Shown in pieces: positions 12,001 to 17,710 of a stretch of 64,000 bases of DNA. The DNA comes from Caecitellus pseudoparvulus. Lineage: Eukaryota; Protista; Bigyra: Bicosoecida. Within the stretch, counting starts at the first letter, position 1, and the number at the start of each line of letters is the position of its first letter. The notes under the pieces are model-generated. The model did not search any database. It was not told the origin of the DNA and was given only the letters and a program-made list of their open reading frames with translations. A program made the position numbers and the translations under genes. The stretch lies in NCBI GenBank assembly GCA_965644315.1, contig CBFFRQ010000053.1, forward strand, positions 496,001 through 560,000, read 5' to 3'.

Positions 12001-15000
12001 CTGCCGCCGCTGCAGCTTTAGTCGCGGAAAGGGAGGCGCTGCAGGCTGCCATGGCAGACAAAGACATGGACTTCGGGGATGGTGATTCAACTGTGATGTC
12101 TACCGCAACAGCATCGGGGGGCAGCGTCGCAGGAGACGACCACGTTCTTGGGGGCGCAGACCCGCTGCAAGAGGTTGGCCCCTTGGCTAAGTGGGGGGAC
12201 CCCGACAAGCCCCTTACTCCACGTCGGATCGAGCGGCAACGCATGATAGACCTCATTGCACGCGAAAAGGCCAGGGCAGCTGCCCGCAACTTGCTGTCGG
12301 GGGACGGCACGGGGCGCGTGACGGCAGTGCAGCGGCGCAGGAAAGCTGAGCTCATGGCCATGCTTCAGGAGGGAATCCTCGTTGCTGAGGACGACCCTGA
12401 GGGTCGAGATATTGGAATCCCGGGTCTCAAAGTAAAGGACAAGAGCAAGCAGTCCTTGGCCCCCTGGTCTCCAAGCATGCCAGTGGAAGCTGCCACAGCC
12501 CGCTTGCTGGTCGTTGAGAAGGAGCTGCTTCGAGTGAGGACTCTGCCTGAGGACACCGGTTTCGTTGAAAGCAGAGTGCTGCTCTCTTTTCTGCGAGGAG
12601 GGCCGTCAAAAGTCCCCTACTTGGATGCAGTGTTCGAGCTGGGGTACGAAGTCGCAGAGCTGCAGAATGCTCTGCGCCTCAATGATCTTGACCGTGAGCT
12701 GCACAGAGGCTACAGCAGCACCAAGGACTGGATGACGACCTCTGTCTTGCATGGAACCCCCCAACAAGTTTGGAGGCTCAATGCCTTGGAGGCTCTTGAG
12801 CGGCAGGCAAATCGCATCATTGCCCGCCAAGTCGCCACTGGTCTCATTGAGGATGCACTGTCTTGGATGCTGGAGGGTTGGATTTTCGGCGAGCGCAAGT
12901 CTCACATGGCGACCCAGGGGTTTGTTCCATCTTTGAAAAAGGGTGGCGTGCTACGCCCGGGCGAAGGGAGCTCAAAAGCGGCAGTGGAGTTCTCCAAGGA
13001 AGGGCCAGCTGCGAGGGCCATGGCCATGGATGCCGCCCGCGGTCTTGAGCCTGCGACGGAAGATGCCGCCTTTGATGCTAATATTGTCGCCGCGGAAGGC
13101 ATTGTCCAACGGGATCCCCGAGGAGACAGGTTTCCTTTCGCGCACGCTGCTGTTCAAGCTGACGCTGCCCAGCAGCAACTCGAAGCGTACCTTGAGGGAA
13201 GTTTGGCAGCGGAGCAGCATGAGAGCCAACGCTTCTACACCCCACATGGAGAAATGCTCCATGAAGGTGGCATGGAAGGGGTATCGGAAGCCTCCATCGG
13301 GGCTGGAGGTGGTGGCTTGGGAGTGGACATGGAGGGTGTGCCAATGCGGGCAGATTCAGGAGCGCCAGCACCCTCACACGCAGCCACTGGCTCTAGTGGG
13401 CATTTAAAGCACGGTGGGTCACACCAGGGTGAGGTGATCTCTCGTGAAGGCACCGCTAACAGGCACGGTATGGCAACGCCAGTGGCCCACGGACTCCACC
13501 CGCCCCGCTCGTCTGGGGCACCGGACTCAGCATTCACCGCAGCTGGTGGTACAGTGGGTTTAAGTGAGGACGGGCACTTTCCAACCACACAGCTGTCACA
13601 GGGTGACTGGCAGGCAGCAGCCGCTGGGATCGGGGTCAGCAGCACAAACGCCACCTTGAAGCGAGTGAAGGGTGGCACGGAATGGCGAGAGCAACCGCCG
13701 GCTGCGAGCAAACAGGAGGCGGCAGCAGCGCTCTTGAAGCGGCAAGGGCCCTTCCGGGACAAAAAAGGTGCAACGTCGGTATTGAAAGCAGCAGCTGGAG
13801 ATGAAGACAGCAAAGGACACTTAGGGGTCGTTGGAGGGGACGGCCGCATGCGTGTTGAGGAGCGCTGGCAAAACATTCACAAGGCTGTCGCTGCTCGGAA
13901 CGCCATCCGCATCGCCGTATCAGCGTATCAAAAAGTAGACAAGACCATGGATGAAACAGAGCGCACCCTGAAGTACGGCATTTTCTGCATGGCGCTTGTG
14001 TACTTCAGAGCCATGACTCAGTTGAAGGAGCAGCAGGCTATTCTCTCTGGGGCTCAAGACGAAGCTTTCCTCACAGGAGGTGCTACGGGGGGGCAGCAGC
14101 ACACACAGCAGACAGCCGAAAGGTGGAAGATGGAGCTGGCAGCGGGGCGTCGAGCGGAACGGCTGCATACCATGGCTTCCGTAGACTCACGAGCCCTGGC
14201 AGGTTTCACTAGAAAGGCTGAGAAGGTGCGCGAGCGTCGATTCAGGGCCCACCAAGCTGCAGTGAGTCGGAATACGCTGTTCACTAACCGGCGATTGGCC
14301 GCTGGCACCATTCAGCGCATTTGGAGGGGCTACGTGGACCGGGCCCGGGTAGCGGAGATCCGGGACGATCGACTTGCAGCAATTCGACAGGCGGCGCTGG
14401 AACAAGAGGCCGCAACTGCCATCCAAGCTGTGTACCGAGGCCACTTAGCAAGAGCATTTGTGCAGCATCAGCGCGAGGAGATGGCAGCCTTCTTGCGCAA
14501 GCTTCGGCGGCAGGAGGACGAAGAGCTGCAAGCTGAGTTTTACCAGCAGAACGCAGTGGCACGGACGAAAAAACGCATTGCGGACTACTACAAGCAGCGC
14601 ATACTGCGGCGGCAAGCCATGGCTCGTCGCATGCGTCGCAACTTGGCAGCTGATGTCGTTGAGTTGCCACCAGACGACGGAGATGGTGCGGTAGTCATGG
14701 CACAAGGTGCGATCGAGGATGCCCGCGAGCAGGCCGAGGACAGAGAGCGGGACGAGTGGGCAGGGGTCACAGCGAGTGGGCTGCAAGAGCTCGGCAGAGA
14801 CAAGACCTTCTTCAAGCTCATCACTGCAGATGATCTGCAAGCCGCCACTAAGTCTCGCCTGGTGCAGGAGGAGGCAGCGCATGCGCTTGCCGCAGCTGAC
14901 GAGAGGAGCTGGCGCGCTGCCAAGGCTGCTGCGGCAGAAGCAGTGGCTGCTGCAGCGCAGCAGGAGGCCGACGAGCGGGTAAAGGCTGAAGAGGCTGCTG

Positions 15001-15071
15001 CTGCAGAGCAAGCCGAGGTTCAGGCGCTGGAGGAGGAGCAAGCCTGGCACACCAGGGCCGTGTCTCATTGA
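3..15071 (+). CDS. Giant intronless protein (>5,000 aa, 5'-truncated by window): alpha/beta-hydrolase-fold domain, coiled coils, internal repeats, two C-terminal IQ motifs
   Basis: The frame is open from position 3 to TGA 15069-15071; the ORF-track start at 117 is an internal GTG. Hydrolase-like motifs: VLFLPDIFD, VVLVGSGFGG, VLLIAGTDD, GGHAIL (about 930-2890). IQ motifs: IQRIWRGYVDR and IQAVYRGHLAR (about 14300-14460). The last four residues and the stop come from the transposon TIR. Confidence 0.85.
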   Translation, partial: QGGDLGKSAVARQLDLSIIHQAEAEGGDSASTPRGESAVPANQRMVRSGRGSRSGLQQAQRRSRGRRTQRLRRLVAAARKRPGGAAAIYNAKVVNTLPGSAPFDGSALGEEQRARISHLARKSRFDMPKEFRRPQSMVERYMGAVSARGYAKVADHWLAALTEVQGELSAPDIGLPFWGMPGIPPDISRSMTARSSHLHPDGGFSGFWGTHARPRTLQPFSQPSLWSAVQTPALDTSGMFPGFQRTEAGGTASAHAPTPESSNFKRRTVHIHGHTRFELDVDTSLLYHVAAGPPLISGETHMPYSSGRPVDVLFLPDIFDDMGTILGDMDPLLSALPGSRLLVAHYPGMPGTSWNEHAHEGTDGASRALDHMEEVQQILIDRLGRSFRGAARPEADTAVDKMSVTSKSASAGAPAEVQEQKLGTRKWLSPAFLVSAIAALLDHVQAAGEWGPAQAQDAAGRKAQAASHELGRDVVLVGSGFGGHLLTILAGEVLGRRTRRKGKPGIAPQNRTLASATRAVVLINSYSRMDAELGLVMQRIAAVHGPLAAMAGVMDRNRAVDAPLGAFGGGRPRVAKRPRSIAPTGAPGTAACTVDTRAPQHRTIKSGATPDDPNTLPLPGSPSQRMGLDGRSPLSSVPLSSTQRSLRQSIGVGKRRLMYTEQGGRGKSKKWQKLKQASQSLSALSSTSSVGDTNTDQAVPGASASLQSAEAVRIVRKDAVRLYDSIMFSPGYKSAVGAGFAVGEFWSRNPSLAEADPYLDYGIARISDAAAKHPFDALEGITACHFPVLLIAGTDDAWVLPYHSLSIARRRRAAESSALALARGAGHSDQSDAEAQWPDFLKQAGHVMHTKIQKAFLDPPPGQALADFEATCDAVAEGDADTLLGTAAEEEAKMLSTVPRNKRQRTARLKSGRVVRIDVSSSETALQGLRPTYTAFLKGGHAILQERKTALLSLLQAVILGHEEGPVGGGGFGVLPSGMSVQDAQISAADPAARVLEPGRPPLRVNPPLVLGSGASPASQELPSKDTEHEGGAQQKERLLRELRSRGLPTHGTEFELLSLLSDALATEDGSNRRKAWLAIPKDKREMVKQKQVLAQHRVQYRARQREAQLRGQTLTLEEAKAQVDAEREQGEREDEERARMAEEEALTRLSAARKAREAAEEREAALQAAKLADLRSGLVSPARETSAAAAEAEAAEAGAKAAALAMLRSRKEAGAEPHLASFEEAARNIEVKLKGEQAGGYFLSSDNAHEFGVGGARLLQDASALRSRKKAALRRWQRLDQRVKLIEAEVAKAKAAVHVIDRSLAAAQREKDAMLRTLARHGNTKAQHSILVRTIAEEVFELRERRESKKRAQKALAGQMESALLEMDVIGSSAHAVVAKARNIEDTLGKARVKASQMIVSRRAKKAEALKLKEGSLDAARAAASEMGRLKLRMAAVVKEFQRVKKVHKKYVDTNFYHMGYPQRVPTKVLRRHLRGRIRHIKERKEELRNTSAKARAAVSEAEATIQVTTEEVGLLSKLLQLIVDCISAGPPSAEDLREELRLDTPAAGPSQGTEDASGEDQQQGSLAMMPRRERNVVWRSSTLHALRETNVFAEAILSAEPPEVLAALGARFVSPRIPDSLKSNPVIVDALHTLFGGGARVRDDCKLAMVTRWKPAVERLPEEKRWVAMDRHLHPQAYEQLTDEDRQTMERDPLYRCTIPVDVLKRLASLPASPLTALAFITAPSHVELHRLLGKFTHGVGESTERLRDMSLGAKAMAAAAVARGYMARTKLPSNRTPEERDWVSLDQVYRPNLYLDVADMDDLDPLLGAALHAEEGYRRRGAGHRRRHSFSGASLSQQAGQAPGHRNKGTHGSRAEESFQASLSDDEEFRALHSALPVGEPGVPAAWAEPSSSRPPWEDGLGKTPRFNPALDSDLFSVDPMTARYGQPGVADPRGAKHMFHKLMHYKFRRERAAKAARERIKAERKAAWLKAKADAEMASIAAEEKALIGGVSVGDMRRRRAFRRPPAGTLGDHYTREQLHTILLTPTAELSSERDRRAQMLLRTYGSDGGRAIHDLAASHSTPVVYGIPEIAEAHEVLAEELRSRGEVSVIPQLAFADEDGSRDNIGCIALGAAQGGVLVRSTKNLVLLETRDVPLQPGSTTEHAFSVPGSVSDAVAFGPRGWDGIPGAARRQMQAAGLPVHEVPHEANKQPGSYEKARSRDGAFATSSLDGAAGRQWSEQSRMAAQHGSRGSGTLGASKMHEPSGAFAEAVGAAQEFNKRLATAERHTSTPAHGMERVAFESAAGQLTTHALRLEGVESKPFIIKHRHPAAVPPLSVAGVRGSTATRTEGTPPSHAAPPSTRLGTSGGHSSISRAGTAALLNGEVPQAYTRLVGDPSSVGAAAGASELEAGAVGAESLPPDAAAPAGIGDITWLHVGAEPLPAIVRRKLSGEEDPAEALKREERKRQRAEAMKRRAAKASATGQTPPDEDTGDSVAAWEDENLVNDFERETGCPGIRPLISDLTVTITFHGAFSGKSAEYILGRLQAALYREPFDPIPEVPTNYHKESGVCLPERVTSPTTASAGAGLRPRALAGDSNASTARTVQGADWQASREGQHPGSPSAGTAFPLPPSRGPLITPGDLDAHLDARARSAVLQGEVHGTARASKGQGPIGLPGIDGGGSAEYTIVASRPISQGGSQVGSRGHRVHAGALQAVHGVRTPSRPHIDQASSTTQEGFPVLPWQANQHEERQHTAFHAALPSDRREWLGPVGIPTIPLSDEHAYWLANPNIARFGEQRHEQEPDRAVRGGGPDLDEDGFGLQAEQDPRAPRNLGTADTKQLRRHGLLSPGGDSVYTDVRGGLYPGSRRQRRGPPLYTGPPVDVYGVQPLPPDASSASDGTIPAHRLPPLARPLPQIQGVPADQIVASMRWPVGYAVSAECRPNTRGAIGKITIRHEPSTAPVLPGQYSVCIRGLTPGSYSVSVVGTVVYSARDVLEGAVRRLKQVSARVPLCRAELGDIRQSSRLGERKRALVQDLILRTEEELSRMSHRTAALRRALERGVVTRGDLGEDAHNESLDLADGDVEVIGDGASVGTASGSDLGLSDLESSDGSLSSATFESDTDSESGLSSAQSATDSSSAASSSRSSELDSASDSETASTSSGSSEERAREAGLMAKNPSEVGGTGQRLIQRQKARAAKMERGRAAAVRLVERGRARRTAAARAMQRRLREQLPVTELVRSLVQRQLTQLEASFSTHVRLLNMREDELQQIEDGLDALEAAAHARRAEMTQLLSRLREFKRHLPRALEAMKLELGRPKESDPHAQARKELASKLGAEQVPGQAEVDALISKGYEQLLQYDIEPSAESIAYNQSSGPGTSSSFAAGRTGTGPRAPAAAPRAEEEHEAVQEHPLDSDLDFLRYGPEILKWRLQQQTKSKQAAEETTPAARVRAKALHELTREEKQWMSLDLVLYPELYAEKLEEDSDDEMDELMSAGIAISRANEARKPRQLRLPPRNPAIAQAMTLAGSAKQAEATPQRGALVESGDEPGTSASIQYMHEETLSSPYASGAVTGEAGGSETVVTAGDGADVGILADLDEKPVSRSQGEAGTTFHALNRLQRVLPACRYTRHEIMRILQVPVQQLNKAERGVRLLLQKYHDNAARVRANREAAGDGTVPSMPKEDSTTTLQALYARKATGGDDSDSDADGAPDQGPTAPGTRTLPSRLKLGPHEVHRSASHHMRAYAAVPIPNGAPEKLRSLLLQKTRVLNERWSMHMQRTLRGHDQHQNQGAKRLHDFLHAQRNTGTRKPCAPEQPSERAKPGSETEEIPGVPDRHRKDAEAAAGTTLGMARSHAVPLSRRAPHRSVDFSKGFEDAAQGDVDEVCRKLLEELDRAAATGAPYMESSALHGMTQRYATDALQKELSMALDRLLLAQVFEREAIEAALIAEQDSMYAQDAAEKAAEQEKALADERKKAMQRLEDMEAKRAKAAVEELALLGKGVELTEEEHAERVELAAAAAALVAEREALQAAMADKDMDFGDGDSTVMSTATASGGSVAGDDHVLGGADPLQEVGPLAKWGDPDKPLTPRRIERQRMIDLIAREKARAAARNLLSGDGTGRVTAVQRRRKAELMAMLQEGILVAEDDPEGRDIGIPGLKVKDKSKQSLAPWSPSMPVEAATARLLVVEKELLRVRTLPEDTGFVESRVLLSFLRGGPSKVPYLDAVFELGYEVAELQNALRLNDLDRELHRGYSSTKDWMTTSVLHGTPQQVWRLNALEALERQANRIIARQVATGLIEDALSWMLEGWIFGERKSHMATQGFVPSLKKGGVLRPGEGSSKAAVEFSKEGPAARAMAMDAARGLEPATEDAAFDANIVAAEGIVQRDPRGDRFPFAHAAVQADAAQQQLEAYLEGSLAAEQHESQRFYTPHGEMLHEGGMEGVSEASIGAGGGGLGVDMEGVPMRADSGAPAPSHAATGSSGHLKHGGSHQGEVISREGTANRHGMATPVAHGLHPPRSSGAPDSAFTAAGGTVGLSEDGHFPTTQLSQGDWQAAAAGIGVSSTNATLKRVKGGTEWREQPPAASKQEAAAALLKRQGPFRDKKGATSVLKAAAGDEDSKGHLGVVGGDGRMRVEERWQNIHKAVAARNAIRIAVSAYQKVDKTMDETERTLKYGIFCMALVYFRAMTQLKEQQAILSGAQDEAFLTGGATGGQQHTQQTAERWKMELAAGRRAERLHTMASVDSRALAGFTRKAEKVRERRFRAHQAAVSRNTLFTNRRLAAGTIQRIWRGYVDRARVAEIRDDRLAAIRQAALEQEAATAIQAVYRGHLARAFVQHQREEMAAFLRKLRRQEDEELQAEFYQQNAVARTKKRIADYYKQRILRRQAMARRMRRNLAADVVELPPDDGDGAVVMAQGAIEDAREQAEDRERDEWAGVTASGLQELGRDKTFFKLITADDLQAATKSRLVQEEAAHALAAADERSWRAAKAAAAEAVAAAAQQEADERVKAEEAAAAEQAEVQALEEEQAWHTRAVSH

Positions 15072-15072
15072 G
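15056..15072 (+). repeat. Left terminal inverted repeat
   Basis: GGCCGTGTCTCATTGAG, preceded by TSD CAG; matches the reverse complement of 20049-20065 at 15/17 positions. Confidence 0.9.
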
Positions 15073-15246
15073 GCCAGCGGAGGCCTCTGAATCGAGAAAA
15101 TCTGTGAAACGAGAATGCATTTTTTGAAGTTCACGGAAAAGTGCTGCAGGCAGCATGTTTTGTCACCTTGACACTAACAGAGGATGTTAGACTTGAACGG
15201 CCGCTCTGTCGTGTGCAACAGAGCGTTGTTTATCGAGCCTATTAGC

Positions 15247-15259
15247 ATGCGGAATTTGC
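15247..15259 (+). repeat. Subterminal inverted repeat ATGCGGAATTTGC (partner at 19890-19902)
   Basis: A perfect 13-bp inverted copy GCAAATTCCGCAT lies at 19890-19902; both copies are 160-190 nt inside the element ends. Confidence 0.7.
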
Positions 15260-15374
15260 CACTTGCTGGCAGTGGTTTGTGTACCATGGCGAGCAGTGCA
15301 GATATGGATATCAAACTCTACTTTTAAACTATTCACAGTAAGTTGTGAGCATACTCTTGGAATGATTTGCTGCC

Positions 15375-17595
15375 ATGTCTGGCCGCAAGCGCCCCCGGAA
15401 TGCACGCGTTCAGGCAGATGCGCCGACGAGTGGCAAAAGAACCGCAGTTGAAGGCTCGCAAGCGGACACACATGCACTGGTCCGACAGTTCCTTCAAGGT
15501 AACGCACCGACTTCCCGACTGCGGACGGGCGCGAGGCTCGGGGCAGCAGGACGGGTGTTTGAGCTGCCTGCAACGCCTCCAGGAAGCGAACTCGCTGCGC
15601 AAGAATCACCCGCCATCGCAACGCCTACCAGACCAGTCCGGATTGCTGCCCTTACAGCAAGCATTGCCAGGAGGATGAAGACAAACGCTAAGGAACAACT
15701 GGAAGCTTTCGGTTCGTTTTCATTTCCGCTGTGTGAAACTCCGAAACGCTTCTCGCAAACACGCCTTCCTGACTCTGCCCGCAGACGAGGTCGTTGACAT
15801 GAGTGGTGATGAGGGCAAGAGTGACAGTTCAAGTCCTGACTTGGAGAGTGGTGGTGTGTCCTGGACAGCTGGCAGCCCTTCCCCACCACGGAGTGCTGCT
15901 GGTGCCGTCGGCGCGACACCAGCTGCCACTTCCCCTGCCCGTGCGTTGATGCGTCTCGACTCAGCGAGCCCAATTCCGTGGGCCTCTACTGATCGAGCTC
16001 TGTTGCAAACACCGTCCAAGAATGGGGTGCAGACGCACCCTGACAAGAAGGAGTTCGCCACCTTGATGCCGTCGTCGACCTGGGCTGCCTTTGGAAACAA
16101 AGCAAGTGCATGGAGAATGTCTGGAGCTATCGTTCGTCTGGGTGTTCGTGAGGGTACCATTGACTACTCATCTCTTGGGGGTCGTGTTGTCTCGTCGGGT
16201 GAGCCATGCCCGGAAGGCTCTGACAGAAGCCTGTTCCGGACTTTTGCCACACAAGGGAGCAACAAGATGCGAAGTGGCATTGTGGGCAAGAGCCTAGCTC
16301 ACAAATTCTTGCCGTTGCTGCTCACTGCCTTCGAGGAGCATGACACGAACATGCTAGGAAGGCCATGGCCGGAGCGAGACGACTCAAAGTACATGGTGTT
16401 GGTTTCAACACCAGGTAGTGATTCCCAAGAAGCCTTCCTGTCGTGGTCAGGCTTGGTCCTGGTTTCAAGCCTCCTTCGTGAGGCTCTGGTTCCAGCTTCA
16501 GGTACTTGGGCCAGCCTCGAAACGTTGAAGAAACAGGTTGACATCATCAACGGGTCTGAGGGCAGAAGGACGGGAAGCGGGGGGGCAAGCGAACCCACAG
16601 CCCCTAGCCACCCTGGTGCTCCCTCTCTTGATTTAAATGGAAAGAAGTACACACGTTGGGACATCACGAAGGTGGGGTGGAGCAGGGCACGAAACGCAAG
16701 CGCCGCTGCGCGCTTGCGCTTCCAGCGCCTGCGGTGTAGCGTAACGAACAAGGAAATGTGGTTGCCTGTGGGACCAACTGATGACTTGCGCTATCCACCC
16801 CTGAACGGTGGACTGCTTCCGGGCGAGCTGATGAATTATGCAAGCGTGTGCCAAGGCAAAGCCAGGCCAAAGGCAACGATGTCTTCAGTGCCTCGCAACA
16901 TCACCAACGGGATATTTGCAGAGGCTAGATCTGAAGGATCACACACAGTAGCCTCGCTGTTGGCGAGTGGCAGGCCCGCTGCGTTGCCCACTGAAAGTCC
17001 GCGACAGGGCGGAGAGTACCTATCAGGTGCGGGGAGTGGAACGAGCACGGGAAGCCGTGTTGCTGCTGTTGCAAAAGCAACTGGAGCCCTGGATGGAGGT
17101 CGCCTGGGGTCTGGCACGTCACCACCAGCCGCAGGCATGCGTGACATCGTTGCCCGTTTGGCAGATTCGCTGGAGAAACGACAGGTTGCTGAAGAGGCAG
17201 CACGGGAACGACAAGCACAACAGGACGCCTCACTTCTTCAGTTTTTCCAGCAGTCCTTGCAAGTGCAGCAGCCCGCACCTTCGCTTTCGGTGCCTGCACC
17301 AGGTGCTGCTGCCGCACATAGTGAGCGTGCGGTAGATGCAGCGATATCAGGTGTAATTACAAGAGTGCAGGGGTGGTTGGACCTAAGCATCATTGACGGT
17401 GACCTTAGCATGCAAGAGCAGGTTCAGACTGTTTTGGAGCAGCTGCACAGCGGAAGTGTGCCTCCAACCTTGCGTGGCATGCCACCGCACCCGCTGTCAG
17501 ACGCAGACAAGGAGCTGAAGGTCGCACGCGCCCGACTTCAAATGGTTACAGCCCTGAAGAAGCGTAGTGTTGCTGGGCAACCCATGCAGTCATGA
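15375..17595 (+). CDS. Transposon accessory protein (ORF2), 715 aa, exons 15375-15711 + 15785-17595; positional equivalent of the Harbinger Myb/SANT DNA-binding protein
   Basis: The two ORF-track ORFs join in frame across a 73-nt intron (GTTCGT donor at 15712, CCTGAC branch, GCAG acceptor at 15784). The N-terminus MSGRKRPR is NLS-like. Trp-spaced helices and RRTGSGG only weakly resemble trihelix/Myb proteins. Confidence 0.75.
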
Positions 17596-17710
17596 ACATG
17601 AGACAACACACTGCATTATTGACTGCCAACAGAGTCACCTTCCCAGTCACTCCCTTCATCACCTTCGCCGGCAGCCCCAGGCTGTTCAGGTGCTTGCAGG
17701 TGCAGAAGGG

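Noticed and set aside
15375-15797. Separate 140-aa gene
   Set aside because: It is better explained as exon 1 of ORF2 through an in-frame 73-nt intron.
15375-17595. ORF2 as a Fanzor/TnpB-like RNA-guided nuclease (transposon passenger with structured flanks)
   Set aside because: I could not find RuvC D-E-D motifs or a CxxC zinc finger.
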